Below, one piece after another: positions 39,301-49,369 of a DNA stretch of 64,000 nt. The notes below the pieces were generated by a model, which was not told where the DNA came from, did not search any database, and saw only the letters and a program-made list of their open reading frames with translations. Numbering within the stretch: the stretch's first letter is position 1; each line of letters opens with the position of its first letter. This DNA comes from Sterolibacteriaceae bacterium (GTDB lineage Bacteria > Pseudomonadota > Gammaproteobacteria > Burkholderiales > Rhodocyclaceae): assembly GCA_025360425.1 (NCBI GenBank), contig JANYCD010000076.1, forward strand, positions 17,639 to 81,638, in the 5' to 3' direction. The translations under genes were made by a program, and so were the position numbers.

Positions 39301-41892
39301 ATGAGCAAGCAACTGATCATCGCGGAAAAACCCTCTGTCGCACAAGACATCGCCAAGGTATTAGGCGGTTTCACGCGCCAGGGCGATTATTTCGAGAGCG
39401 ACGACTACGTGCTGTCGTCAGCCATCGGCCACCTGCTGGAGCTGGCTGTACCCGAAGAGTACGAGGTTAAGCGCGGTAAATGGACTTTCACCCATCTGCC
39501 GGTGATTCCGCCGCATTTCGCCCTGAATCCGATCGAGCGGACGCAGGATCGGCTCAAGCTGCTGACACGGCTGATCAAGCGCAAGGATGTAGGGGCCCTG
39601 ATTAATGCCTGTGACGCGGGCCGTGAAGGCGAGTTGATCTTCCGCTACGTGGCGCAGCATGCCAAGGTCGACAAGCCAGTGCGTCGCCTGTGGCTGCAAT
39701 CCATGACGGCAACGTCGATCCGGGATGGCTTTGCCCACCTGCGTGACGACAAGGAAATGCAGCCCCTGGCTGATGCGGCCCGCTGCCGTTCGGAAGCGGA
39801 TTGGTTGATCGGGATCAACGGCACTCGCGCCATGACCGCCTTCAATTCTAAGGAAGGTGGTTTCTATAAGACGCCGGTGGGCAGAGTGCAAACCCCGACG
39901 CTGGTCATCCTGGTGGAGCGCGAACGCCGCATTCGCAGTTTCATCTCCCGTGACTACTGGGAAGTGGAAGCTGAATTCAAGGCCGTGGCCGGATCCTATA
40001 AAGGCCGCTGGTTCGACGAAAAATTCAAGAAGTCCGATGACGAACACACGCGGGCAGAACGCCTGTGGGAGCCTGCCAAAGCCGAGGCGATCCGCAACAA
40101 ATGCTTGGGCAAGCACGGCGAAGTCGAAGAAGAAAGCAAACCCAAGACTGAAGCCTGCCCGATGCTTTACGACCTGACGTCGTTGCAGCGCGAAGCCAAT
40201 GGGCGCTTCGGCTTTTCGGCGAAGACCACGTTGTCCATCGCCCAGTCGCTTTACGAACGGCACAAGGCGCTAACCTATCCGCGAACCGATAGTCGACACT
40301 TGCCCGAAGACTATCTCGGCACTGTCAAGGACACGCTGCGTTCGCTGGAAGAGACGGAATGCGTCAATCACGCCAAGAACATCCTGAGCTCTGGTTGGGT
40401 GCATCCGAACAAGCGCATTTTCAACAATGCGAAGATTTCCGATCACTTCGCCATCATTCCCACCGGCACGATTCCGAAGACCCTGTCGGAAGCCGAGCAA
40501 AAAATATACGATCTGGTGACCAAGCGTTTTCTTGCCATCTTCTTCCCGGCGGCCGAATACAACATCACCACGCGCATCACCCGTGTCGAGAAAGAAGCAT
40601 TCAAAACCGAGGGCAAGGTGCTGGTCAGTGCCGGCTGGCTTGCCGTGTATGGCAAGGAAGTCTTGGGCGACGATGAAGCGCCCAGCCTGCCACCGCTGCA
40701 GCCGAAAGAACGCGTCTGGGCCAATGATGTGGAAGTGAAGGCGCTGGTCACCAAACCACCGGCCCGCTTCAACGAAGCCACTTTGCTCTCCGCCATGGAA
40801 GGCGCCGGCAAACTGGTGGAAGACGAGGAATTGCGTGAAGCCATGTCGGAACGCGGTATTGGCACGCCGGCCACGCGCGCCGCCACCATTGAAGGATTGA
40901 TTGCCGAGGAGTATGTGCATCGCAACGGCCGCGAATTGCAGCCGACAGCCAAAGCTTTCTCGCTGATTTTTGCGCTGGAAAAACTAGGTGTTGATGAAAT
41001 TCGTTCGCCGGAATTGACCGGCGAGTGGGAATTCAAGCTGCGGGAAATGGAGCACGGACGCCTCAATCGCGCCGAGTTCATGGAACACATCACCGGTCAG
41101 GCGCGGGTGATGGTGGATCGCATCAAGAATGGCGAATTGCCCGACGAAGCCTTCAGCACGTTGAAGACGCCATGCCCGAAATGCGGTGGCGTGATTCGTG
41201 AGACCTACAAGAAGTTCGAGTGCCAGAAATGCGAGTACAAACTGTGGAAGGTAGTCGCCAGCCGGCAGTGGGAACCGGAAGAAATGGAAGAACTGCTGAC
41301 AAAGCGTATCGTCGGACCGCTACAGGGTTTCCGCAGCAAGATGGGGCGTGCTTTTGCCGCCATGATGAAACTGAACGCCGAGGATATGCCCGAGTTCGAC
41401 TTCGGGCAGGGTAGTGACGGTGATGCAGAGGAAGTCGATTTCAGCGCACAGGAAACACTGGGTCCATGCCCCAAATGTGCTGCGCGTGTGTTCGAGCATG
41501 GCATGGGCTATGTCTGCGAAAAATCGGTGGGCCCAGCCAAAACCTGTGATTTCCGTTCTGGCAAGGTGATCCTGCAACAGGAGGTGCCTCGCGCCGAAAT
41601 GCAGAAGCTGTTGGAGACTGGCAGGACCAGCCTGCTCAAGGGCTTCATCTCAGCGCGCACGCGGCGCAAGTTCTCCGCCTATCTGGTGCGCGACCCGGCG
41701 TCGGGAAAGGTCGGCTTCGAGTTCGAGGTCAGGACGCCGAAGGCAGGCGCCAAACCGCCGAAAGTTGCGAAGGCGGAAAAAGCCGTACCTGATGTTGCAC
41801 CTGCAAAGGCAGCAAAGAGTGCAAAGCCTGCAAAGGCAGCGAAGGCGGAAGTCCCCGCCAAGGCCAAGCCACTTAAAAAGGCGGCGAAGTAA
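39301..41892 (+). CDS. topB: Type IA DNA topoisomerase, topoisomerase III-like, with zinc ribbons and a Lys/Ala-rich tail
   Basis: 863 aa. N-terminus LIIAEKPSVAQDIAKVLG and AIGHLLEL resemble TopB rather than TopA. Toprim DAGREGE. Active-site region LTYPRTDSRHLPE. CPKCGG/CQKC and CPKCAA Zn ribbons. Confidence 0.85.
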   Translation: MSKQLIIAEKPSVAQDIAKVLGGFTRQGDYFESDDYVLSSAIGHLLELAVPEEYEVKRGKWTFTHLPVIPPHFALNPIERTQDRLKLLTRLIKRKDVGALINACDAGREGELIFRYVAQHAKVDKPVRRLWLQSMTATSIRDGFAHLRDDKEMQPLADAARCRSEADWLIGINGTRAMTAFNSKEGGFYKTPVGRVQTPTLVILVERERRIRSFISRDYWEVEAEFKAVAGSYKGRWFDEKFKKSDDEHTRAERLWEPAKAEAIRNKCLGKHGEVEEESKPKTEACPMLYDLTSLQREANGRFGFSAKTTLSIAQSLYERHKALTYPRTDSRHLPEDYLGTVKDTLRSLEETECVNHAKNILSSGWVHPNKRIFNNAKISDHFAIIPTGTIPKTLSEAEQKIYDLVTKRFLAIFFPAAEYNITTRITRVEKEAFKTEGKVLVSAGWLAVYGKEVLGDDEAPSLPPLQPKERVWANDVEVKALVTKPPARFNEATLLSAMEGAGKLVEDEELREAMSERGIGTPATRAATIEGLIAEEYVHRNGRELQPTAKAFSLIFALEKLGVDEIRSPELTGEWEFKLREMEHGRLNRAEFMEHITGQARVMVDRIKNGELPDEAFSTLKTPCPKCGGVIRETYKKFECQKCEYKLWKVVASRQWEPEEMEELLTKRIVGPLQGFRSKMGRAFAAMMKLNAEDMPEFDFGQGSDGDAEEVDFSAQETLGPCPKCAARVFEHGMGYVCEKSVGPAKTCDFRSGKVILQQEVPRAEMQKLLETGRTSLLKGFISARTRRKFSAYLVRDPASGKVGFEFEVRTPKAGAKPPKVAKAEKAVPDVAPAKAAKSAKPAKAAKAEVPAKAKPLKKAAK

Positions 41893-41953
41893 CAGACGGC
41901 ACATGGCGTGCCGGGCTGGGGTAGTCCTGGCTGCGTGATAAAATTTGCACGCA

Positions 41954-42157
41954 ATGATCACGGTCACCGTCAACGGCAAAGCTAGCCAATTCCAGCATCC
42001 CCAAACTGTGAGTGGCCTGCTTCAAAGTCTGGGCTATGCCGGCAAGCGGATAGCAGTGGAGCGCAACGGCGAGATCGTACCCAAGAGCCGTCACGCAGAA
42101 ACACTCATCGCTGACGGCGATCAACTTGAAATTGTCGTCGCAGTGGGCGGCGGCTAA
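41954..42157 (+). CDS. thiS: Sulfur-carrier protein ThiS
   Basis: 67 aa from the ATG at 41954, ending in the diagnostic GG. The TTG at 41945 is the ORF-track alternative. Confidence 0.9.
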   Translation: MITVTVNGKASQFQHPQTVSGLLQSLGYAGKRIAVERNGEIVPKSRHAETLIADGDQLEIVVAVGGG

Positions 42158-42169
42158 CCACACCCATCC

Positions 42170-42958
42170 ATGAATACTGACGCGCTCGTTATTGCCGGCA
42201 AGACCTATCATTCCCGATTGCTGGTGGGCACTGGCAAATACAAGGATTTTGCCGCGACCCGCGCCGCGATTGACGCTGCTGGCAGTCAAATTGTCACCGT
42301 GGCAATCCGCCGCATCAACATTGGCCAGGAGCCGGGTCAGCCTTCGCTGCTCGATGTGCTGCCACCCGAACAATTCACCATCCTGCCCAATACTGCTGGT
42401 TGCTACACCGCTGAAGACGCCGTGCGTACCTTGCGTCTTGGGCGCGAATTGCTGGATGGCCACAGCCTCGTCAAACTCGAAGTGCTGGGCGATCCGCAAA
42501 CCCTGTTTCCCAACATGCCCGAAACATTGAAGGCCGCCGAGACTTTGGTGAAGGACGGTTTCGACGTGATGGTGTATTGCTCGGACGATCCGATCCAGGC
42601 CAAGCTGCTCGAACAGATTGGTTGTGTTGCGGTCATGCCGCTGGCTTCGCTGATCGGCTCCGGCATGGGCATCCTAAATCCGTGGAATCTCAAATTGATC
42701 ATCGAGGCAGCCAAGGTACCGGTGCTGGTGGATGCCGGCGTCGGTACCGCGTCCGATGCCGCCATTGCGATGGAGTTGGGTTGCGACGGCGTGCTGATGA
42801 ACACCGCCATTGCCCATGCCCAGAATCCGGTGCTGATGGCGAGCGCGATGAAAAAGGCCATCGAAGCGGGCCGCGAGGCATGGCTGGCCGGACGCATGCC
42901 GAGAAAATTGTACGCGGCGAGCCCCAGTTCGCCGACCGGCGGGCTCATTGGTACCTGA
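42170..42958 (+). CDS. thiG: Thiazole synthase
   Basis: 262 aa, full-length ThiG-like ([39 protein letters not shown]). Follows thiS. Confidence 0.95.
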   Translation: MNTDALVIAGKTYHSRLLVGTGKYKDFAATRAAIDAAGSQIVTVAIRRINIGQEPGQPSLLDVLPPEQFTILPNTAGCYTAEDAVRTLRLGRELLDGHSLVKLEVLGDPQTLFPNMPETLKAAETLVKDGFDVMVYCSDDPIQAKLLEQIGCVAVMPLASLIGSGMGILNPWNLKLIIEAAKVPVLVDAGVGTASDAAIAMELGCDGVLMNTAIAHAQNPVLMASAMKKAIEAGREAWLAGRMPRKLYAASPSSPTGGLIGT

Positions 42959-43745
42959 ATTGTGTCGTCTGATCTTTATGCTGGTGGCCACGATGGCGGC
43001 AACGTTCGCCCATGGCGACAACGTTCTGCCGCTCCTCAGTGCCGCACCAGCGGGTTATATTTTTGATCAGCCACGCATCCTCACCCAGCAGCGGTTATTC
43101 GGTCTGGCCCATGGCATCTCGTTGCTGGCGGAGCGTTGCTTCGAGCAGCCGGTGCATGGCGAAGAAGTGCGTCATGCCTACGCGGCGTGGCAGCAGCAAC
43201 AGCGGGGGACCATCGCGCTGGCGCAAGAAGAATTGGCGCACTACTACTTCGGCGAACGCGCGGCTGAAGCACGCTGGCCGGATATCGTGACGGCGCTCGG
43301 GCTGCAAAACAGGCTGTCGCTCAAGTCGGGTTCCTCCAAACTCATGGCTGCCTGTGCGACCCTGCCGCAGGCGTTGCTCCGCTATCACAACGACCTCGCT
43401 GCCCAATTCGATTTGCAGGCCAAGCTTGATCGGCTCACTGTCGCCGCAGCCACCGAGACGCAAGCAGAGGCTTGCAAGTCAATACTCACCGGTGCAGCGT
43501 CTTCCGCACTTGACGCCGGTATTGATGCGTGGCGGCAGAAGTACAGCGCAGAGCTCGACCAGGCGCGCCAGACTGTGGAGCAACGCTGGCAGGAAGCGCA
43601 GCTCGAAGGAAGCTTCGACCATTGGCTGAATCAGGCGCGCAGCAGAGGGCGTCACCAGGCCACCGCCGCTCATTGTGAAGGCCTGACCACATGGCTTGCC
43701 ACACCGCTGGCTGACCCCGGCGCCTCGTTCCAGCCCAAGTCATGA
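42948..43745 (+). CDS. Hypothetical secreted helical protein (265 aa)
   Basis: The TTG start gives a plausible signal peptide ([17 protein letters not shown]). The ATG at 42978 is the alternative. ATGA overlap with the trmB start. No family recognised. Confidence 0.5.
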   Translation: MVPELCRLIFMLVATMAATFAHGDNVLPLLSAAPAGYIFDQPRILTQQRLFGLAHGISLLAERCFEQPVHGEEVRHAYAAWQQQQRGTIALAQEELAHYYFGERAAEARWPDIVTALGLQNRLSLKSGSSKLMAACATLPQALLRYHNDLAAQFDLQAKLDRLTVAAATETQAEACKSILTGAASSALDAGIDAWRQKYSAELDQARQTVEQRWQEAQLEGSFDHWLNQARSRGRHQATAAHCEGLTTWLATPLADPGASFQPKS

Positions 43746-44443
43746 GCGATTTGCACACGGCACATATCCGCAGCTTCGTTCTGCGTCAGGGACGCGTCTC
43801 CAATGCCCAGGCCCGCCACCACGAGACGCTGATGCCAGTGTGGGGAATTGTTTACGAACCGCGGATGTTCGATCTGGCTGACGTATTCGGTCGTGTAGCA
43901 CCAAAGATTCTAGAAATCGGATTCGGCATGGGCGAAACCACGGCGGTCATCGCCGCCGCGCATCCGGAACTGGATATTCTCGGCGTTGAAGTGCACACCC
44001 CCGGCGTCGGTTCGTTGCTCAAGGAAATCGCAGAACGCAATCTCGCCAATGTGCGCATCATCCAGCACGATGCGGTGGACGTCGTGCGCGACATGATTGC
44101 GCCCGGCACGTTGGCCGGCATCCATATTTTCTTTCCTGATCCATGGCCCAAAAAGCGTCACCACAAGCGCCGCTTGATTCAGCCGGATTTTGTGCGATTG
44201 CTCACCGAACGGCTCGCACCTGGCGGTTATTTTCACTGTGCGACGGATTGGGAAGAGTACGCGCAGCAGATGGTGGCGGTGCTTTCCGCGGAACCACTGC
44301 TGGAGAATACCGCCGCAAGTTTTGCATCCCGTCCCGACTATCGGCCCTTGACCAAGTTCGAGCAGCGTGGCCTGCGCCTTGGTCATGGGGTATGGGATGT
44401 CATATTCAGGCGTCGCGCAGAAAGCTCTGCAGCAGGGTGTTGA
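43742..44443 (+). CDS. trmB: tRNA (guanine46-N7)-methyltransferase
   Basis: 233 aa. Motifs LEIGFGMGE and [15 protein letters not shown]. Confidence 0.92.
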   Translation: MSDLHTAHIRSFVLRQGRVSNAQARHHETLMPVWGIVYEPRMFDLADVFGRVAPKILEIGFGMGETTAVIAAAHPELDILGVEVHTPGVGSLLKEIAERNLANVRIIQHDAVDVVRDMIAPGTLAGIHIFFPDPWPKKRHHKRRLIQPDFVRLLTERLAPGGYFHCATDWEEYAQQMVAVLSAEPLLENTAASFASRPDYRPLTKFEQRGLRLGHGVWDVIFRRRAESSAAGC

Positions 44444-45632
44444 GAAAGCGCTGTCCGCGCAGCGTCGGCGTGATGCGCTCGGCCGTGACTTCGATGAATC
44501 CGTCGCGCTGTGCCTGCAACAATTCAGCATGTACTTTCGCCAGCGGCAATCCGGTGCGTTCATCGAACAAGCGTGATGGAAAACCTTCAGTCAGCCGCAG
44601 TGCGTTCATCATGAATTCGAAGGGTAGTTCGGTGGCGGTGACGTTGCGCCGCTCCTGAATGAAGTCGCCGCGCTTTGCCCCGTCCAGATAGTCATGCGGA
44701 TGCTTGCGTCGCATCTCGCGCACTACGCCCAGATGCGAGGTGAGCTTGCCATGGGCGCCGGCACCGATGCCGAGGTAATCGCCGAAGTTCCAGTAGTTCA
44801 AGTTGTGGCGGCAACGCCCGCCGCGCTTGGCAAAGGCCGAAGTTTCGTAGTGTTCGTAACCCGCCGCCGCGAAAAACTCCTCCACCATCAACTGCATATC
44901 GGCCGAAAGATCGTCATCGGGCAGCGGTGGTGGCGAGTGATGGAACGGCGTATTGGGCTCCAGGGTCAGGTGATACGCCGAAAGATGTTCCGTGCCTCGG
45001 CTGATCGCTTCCTTTATGTCGGCCTCAGCCTGCTTCAATTTCTGCTCCGGCAGAGCGTACATCAGGTCGAGATTGACACGGTCGAAATGCTGCAAAGCGA
45101 GGTCGATGGCACGCCGCGCCTCATCGGCAGAATGAATGCGGCCCAGGCTCCTGAGTTTGGCATCGTCGAAACTCTGGATGCCCAGCGACACGCGGTTGAT
45201 ACCGGCGTTGCGAAAGCCGGCGAACTTTGCTGCTTCGACCGTGCCGGGATTGGCTTCCAGCGTGATTTCGGCATCGGCTTGCAGGTTTACCCGGGCGCGC
45301 ACCGCAGCCAGCAGCGTGTCGTAGGCTTCCGGCGAGAACAGGCTGGGTGTACCGCCGCCGATAAAAATGCTGGAGACGATGCGGCCCCATATCTGCGGCA
45401 GCGCCGATTCGAGGTCGGCGATCAGCGCGGCGACATATTCGTCTTCGGGAATGACGGTCTTTGCTTCGTGTGAATTGAAGTCGCAGTAGGGACACTTGCG
45501 TACGCACCATGGCACATGGATGTAGAGGGCTAGCGGCGGCGGTGCCGAAAATTGCAACTCAGCATTGTCGCCGTCAGCTGCATTGGGAACGGCAGTACGT
45601 GCAACCGCGATGGGAATAGTGGTGCGAGTCAT
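44406..45632 (-). CDS. hemW: Radical SAM heme chaperone HemW (coproporphyrinogen III oxidase-like, YggW)
   Basis: 408 aa. CxxxCxxC cluster motif [14 protein letters not shown] and a HemN_C-like C-terminus. Confidence 0.88.
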   Translation of the reverse strand: MTRTTIPIAVARTAVPNAADGDNAELQFSAPPPLALYIHVPWCVRKCPYCDFNSHEAKTVIPEDEYVAALIADLESALPQIWGRIVSSIFIGGGTPSLFSPEAYDTLLAAVRARVNLQADAEITLEANPGTVEAAKFAGFRNAGINRVSLGIQSFDDAKLRSLGRIHSADEARRAIDLALQHFDRVNLDLMYALPEQKLKQAEADIKEAISRGTEHLSAYHLTLEPNTPFHHSPPPLPDDDLSADMQLMVEEFFAAAGYEHYETSAFAKRGGRCRHNLNYWNFGDYLGIGAGAHGKLTSHLGVVREMRRKHPHDYLDGAKRGDFIQERRNVTATELPFEFMMNALRLTEGFPSRLFDERTGLPLAKVHAELLQAQRDGFIEVTAERITPTLRGQRFLNTLLQSFLRDA

Positions 45633-46219
45633 GAGTCTTTGCCAAGTTGCTCGATTAAACGGCGCAATGCGATGCCGCGATGGGAGCGCGCATTCTTTTC
45701 TTCGGCCGACAGCTCAGCAGAAGCGCAACCCAGCTCCGGCACACGGAATAGTGGATCGTAGCCAAATCCGCCGCTGCCGCGAGGCGCATCCATTATTTCG
45801 CCATGCCATTCACCTTCGGCGATGATGGGTTGTGGGTCATCGGCAAAGCGGCACAGCACCAATACGCAAACGTAATGTGCGCGGCGGTCGGTCTTGCCCC
45901 GCATGTCCGCCAGCAATTTGTCGTTGTTGCGTGCATCCGATTTCGGTTCTCCGGCATAGCGCGCCGAGAATACGCCGGGCGCGCCGTACAGTGCAGTCAC
46001 GCACAGGCCCGAGTCGTCGGCCAGCGCGGGCAGGCCGGACAGGTTGGCGCAATGGCGTGCTTTCGCCAACGCGTTCTCTACAAAAGTGACGTGTGGTTCA
46101 TCTGTTTCAGGTATACCAAGCGCCGATTGCGACAGCACTTCAAGCCTCAACGGCGCCAATAAGGCGGAGAACTCTCGCAATTTTCCGAGGTTGTTCGAAG
46201 CGAGAACGAGTTTTTTCAT
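45629..46219 (-). CDS. rdgB: Non-canonical purine NTP pyrophosphatase (dITP/XTPase)
   Basis: 196 aa. Motifs LASNNLGKLREF, DDSGLCV, GFGYDPLF, SHRG. Confidence 0.92.
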   Translation of the reverse strand: MKKLVLASNNLGKLREFSALLAPLRLEVLSQSALGIPETDEPHVTFVENALAKARHCANLSGLPALADDSGLCVTALYGAPGVFSARYAGEPKSDARNNDKLLADMRGKTDRRAHYVCVLVLCRFADDPQPIIAEGEWHGEIMDAPRGSGGFGYDPLFRVPELGCASAELSAEEKNARSHRGIALRRLIEQLGKDS

Positions 46220-46283
46220 GGTAGTCGCAACGGACTGGGGCCAGATATTGCTCGTCCCGAATAAATCGTGAGCAAGCAGGAGT

Positions 46284-47006
46284 TCAAGGGCTTTTCAGTG
46301 CAGCCTTTTGTGCCGCGATGATTTGTACAATTCCCGCCCCCGCCAGCTCCAGCAGTGCATCGAGTTCTGCTCGAGAAAAAGGTGCGCCCTCGGCGGTACC
46401 CTGCACTTCAACAATTCCACCACTACCGGTGACGACCACGTTCATGTCAGTGTCGCAGGTGGAGTCTTCAGCGTAATCGAGATCGAGCACCGGCACGCCA
46501 TTGACGATGCCGACCGATACCGCGCCAACAAAGTCGCGCAGCGGGCTTTGCGTCAGCTTGCCGGCAGCGATGAGGCCGGCGACTGCATCGTTGAGCGCCA
46601 CGCAGGCACCGGTGATGGCGGCGCAGCGGGTGCCGCCGTCGGCCTGCAATACGTCGCAGTCGAGGGTGATCTGGCGTTCGCCGAGGGCCTTGAGGTCGGT
46701 GACGGCACGCAGGCTGCGGCCAATCAGGCGCTGGATTTCCTGGGTGCGGCCGGATTGCTTGCCGCGCGCTGCTTCGCGGTCACCCCGTGTGTGGGTGGCG
46801 CGTGGCAGCATCCCATATTCGGCGGTGACCCAGCCTTCGCCCCTGCCCTTGAGAAAACCCGGCACTTTTTCTTCGATGCTGGCTGTGCACAACACTTTGG
46901 TGTTGCCAAAGGCCACCAGCACGCTGCCTTCGGCGTGCATGGTGAAGTGGCGGGTGATGACGAGTTCGCGCAACTGCTCGGGCTTGCGCCCGCTGGGTCG
47001 AGACAT
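46284..47006 (-). CDS. rph: Ribonuclease PH
   Basis: 240 aa. [12 protein letters not shown]-terminus, [16 protein letters not shown] phosphate-binding motif. Confidence 0.95.
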   Translation of the reverse strand: MSRPSGRKPEQLRELVITRHFTMHAEGSVLVAFGNTKVLCTASIEEKVPGFLKGRGEGWVTAEYGMLPRATHTRGDREAARGKQSGRTQEIQRLIGRSLRAVTDLKALGERQITLDCDVLQADGGTRCAAITGACVALNDAVAGLIAAGKLTQSPLRDFVGAVSVGIVNGVPVLDLDYAEDSTCDTDMNVVVTGSGGIVEVQGTAEGAPFSRAELDALLELAGAGIVQIIAAQKAALKSP

Positions 47007-47057
47007 GAATGCTCCTGATTGTTTTCAATTATGGGCTGCTGAATTTTGCTTGAGCGA

Positions 47058-47119
47058 GGAAAAATCGGGCCCGGGGCGGCCCTCCTACATTGCTGGGTAG
47101 GAGGGCCGCTCCCGGCCCG
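47058..47119 (-). terminator. Rho-independent terminator after the kinase-phosphatase-lipoprotein operon
   Basis: Long GC-rich minus-strand hairpin (CGGGCCGGGAGCGGCCCUCCUAC...GUAGGAGGGCCGCCCCGGGCCCG, one bulge) followed by AUUUUUCC. Confidence 0.65.
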
Positions 47120-47132
47120 ATGGAGTGATTGA

Positions 47133-47441
47133 TCAGCATTGACTTCCCTCGGAGCGAAAGCCGACGATTACGCCGCGCTTGTCCACTTCCCAATGGATGA
47201 TACAGCCCTCATTGCTGGGTGAGACATAAACCCAATGGCCGCTCTTGGTATCGTATTTCTGTTCCTTCCATCCGCTTTTGGAAGCATAGCTGTCGGGCTT
47301 GTGCTTGGCCTCGATCAGGTCGGAAATCGGCTCCCCGACCCACTCATGGGCACGATCCTCGGCGGTTGCGCAAGCCGCGAGCAGGGTGGTGGATGCAAAC
47401 AGTGACAGTAAGGTACGTGTTAGCTTGCATGGGAGGATCAT
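47133..47441 (-). CDS. Hypothetical lipoprotein (102 aa)
   Basis: Lipobox LLAAC after a hydrophobic signal sequence. Lies 20 nt downstream of the PP2C gene. Confidence 0.6.
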   Translation of the reverse strand: MILPCKLTRTLLSLFASTTLLAACATAEDRAHEWVGEPISDLIEAKHKPDSYASKSGWKEQKYDTKSGHWVYVSPSNEGCIIHWEVDKRGVIVGFRSEGSQC

Positions 47442-47461
47442 CGACTTTCCTTATTCGCTAT

Positions 47462-48352
47462 TCAGTTCGATTGATAGGGTCTGTGTGCCCGTATCGTTGC
47501 GACTGCAATTTCAATATCTTCATCGCTGAGTTCCGGTTCCACCACCCGGCCACGTTCAATTTCGTCGAGATCGGCAATGTCGGTATCGATGACTCCGGTG
47601 CCGCCGGCTACGGTATCAACTTCCCAACACATGGCGACGATCGTGGCGTTGTCGCCGTTGCTGCCGGCGGCGGCTTCAGTTCGATCAAGGAAGGCTGGCA
47701 CTGCGGCCATGACATCGGCGTTACACAGGGCACGGGCCAGCTCTTCACCCGCCAGTGGCGCCCATGCGCCATCGGTGCACAAGGCGAGCACATCGCCAGC
47801 CTTGAGTGGCGTCTTGCGTGAACAGGTGACCTGGGGCGAACGCTCGCCGCCGAGGCAGCTCAATACCTGGTTGCGGTCGCGATGCGTCTTGGCTTCTTCC
47901 TCATTGATCAGCCCTTGATCGAGCAGAAATTGAACCTTGGAATGGTCGCGCGTGCGCGTCACGATTTCGCCATTGCGCAGCAAATAGAGACGCGAGTCGC
48001 CGCTGTGTGCCCAGTAGGCGGCGCCATCTTGGACGACGCAGACCACGCATGTCGTACGTGGTGGTTCCGCGAGTCCGTTGCTGCGCGCCGCATCGACGAT
48101 GGCCTGATGGGCGCCGGAGAGAATCTGCGAAAGAAAGCTGAATGGATGACTGAGTTTTGGGTTGGCCTCGCGCCCAAACGCCTCGACGATGAAGCCGGCG
48201 CCGACTTCTGCCGCGATTTCACCATTGGCGTGCCCGCCCATGCCATCGGCAATAACCATCAACAGAGCCTCGCGCGTATAGCGATAAATTACCCGATCCT
48301 GGTTGGTCTTGCGCCGGCCAAGGCGGCTTTCCTGATAGACGGTGAATTTCAT
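47462..48352 (-). CDS. PP2C-family Ser/Thr protein phosphatase
   Basis: 296 aa. Motifs VIADGMGGHANGEIAAE, HSGDSRLY, LALCTDG. The start overlaps the kinase stop by 4 nt. Confidence 0.85.
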   Translation of the reverse strand: MKFTVYQESRLGRRKTNQDRVIYRYTREALLMVIADGMGGHANGEIAAEVGAGFIVEAFGREANPKLSHPFSFLSQILSGAHQAIVDAARSNGLAEPPRTTCVVCVVQDGAAYWAHSGDSRLYLLRNGEIVTRTRDHSKVQFLLDQGLINEEEAKTHRDRNQVLSCLGGERSPQVTCSRKTPLKAGDVLALCTDGAWAPLAGEELARALCNADVMAAVPAFLDRTEAAAGSNGDNATIVAMCWEVDTVAGGTGVIDTDIADLDEIERGRVVEPELSDEDIEIAVATIRAHRPYQSN

Positions 48353-49296
48353 TTCGGCAACAGGGCTCCAAGCTTGTAACGCAAGCTGCTCATTAGTCCA
48401 GCGGGGTTGGGCAGTTCGTCTTGTGGATGCGACAGTTTACGCTGTAATGAAAAAACGCTCTGCGGACGTTCGAGCAAATCGAGCCGCATGCACAAGTCGA
48501 TGGTTTGCAGCAGGTCGGCCGAGTATTGCCCCTTCCAGCGCCGAGCCGCCGGGATCAAATCATCTTTTCTGGCACGGAGATCGGCGGCCTGGGGCGAAGC
48601 GCCGGCAAGGCAAAAGTAGATACTGGCACCAACACCATAAATATCGGTCCACGGGCCGAGGTCGGTGCGGCCATCGTATTGCTCGGAGGCAGCAAAGCCC
48701 GGTGTGTGAATGGCTTGCGGTTGTGGCTGATCGCGACCGATGATCTGACGCGTCGCGCCGAAATCCAATAGCACCGGCATACCGTTGCTGCGCAGAAAAA
48801 TATTGGCCGGCTTGATGTCGAGATGAAGCAGCTTGTGGCTATGGACTTCGCGCAGGCCATTGAGCAGGTGGACGAACATGCGGCGCAAAAACGATTCGGT
48901 AACCGGACCACTATGACGCTTGATATGCTCGCGCAGGGTGCGTCCGCGTTCGTAGGCCATCACCAGATAGGCGGTACCGTTGGCGCGGAAAAAATTGAAT
49001 ACGCGCACGACGTTGGGATGATCGAGTAAGGCGAGCGTGCGCCCTTCCTCAAAAAAACATCTCAAGCCCTCGTTGAAAGTTGCGCGGTAGATGTCGTCGA
49101 TCACCGGCTCGGGGCTGTCCGCGACACGCAAAGCCAGGGAATACGGCAGGAACTCCTTGATCGCCACCGGCATTTCCGCAGCGTCGTAGGCCAGATAGAC
49201 GATCGAGAATCCGCCAGAGGCAATCTGCCGCTCAATGCGGTACTGCTCAAGACGGAAACCGGCAGGCAGCGGGTGATTGACTTGCGCTGGCGACAT
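48349..49296 (-). CDS. Hanks-type Ser/Thr protein kinase (soluble, kinase domain only, non-RD)
   Basis: 315 aa from MSPAQVNHPL. Gly loop IASGGFSIVY, VAIKEF Lys, catalytic loop HLDIKPANIF (Leu in place of the HRD Arg), DFG. The longer ORF-track start at 49371 is rejected. Confidence 0.85.
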   Translation of the reverse strand: MSPAQVNHPLPAGFRLEQYRIERQIASGGFSIVYLAYDAAEMPVAIKEFLPYSLALRVADSPEPVIDDIYRATFNEGLRCFFEEGRTLALLDHPNVVRVFNFFRANGTAYLVMAYERGRTLREHIKRHSGPVTESFLRRMFVHLLNGLREVHSHKLLHLDIKPANIFLRSNGMPVLLDFGATRQIIGRDQPQPQAIHTPGFAASEQYDGRTDLGPWTDIYGVGASIYFCLAGASPQAADLRARKDDLIPAARRWKGQYSADLLQTIDLCMRLDLLERPQSVFSLQRKLSHPQDELPNPAGLMSSLRYKLGALLPK

Positions 49297-49369
49297 GACT
49301 GTTACGCGAATAGAATGACCGGATTGTCCGGTGCCGTCGGCGCCGTGTAAACCCGTCTTTTCGCACACC

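Noticed and set aside
41893-41944. TPP riboswitch upstream of thiS
   Set aside because: Only ~52-60 nt separate topB from thiS. That is too short for a THI element, and the conserved CUGAGA and ACCUGA segments are absent.
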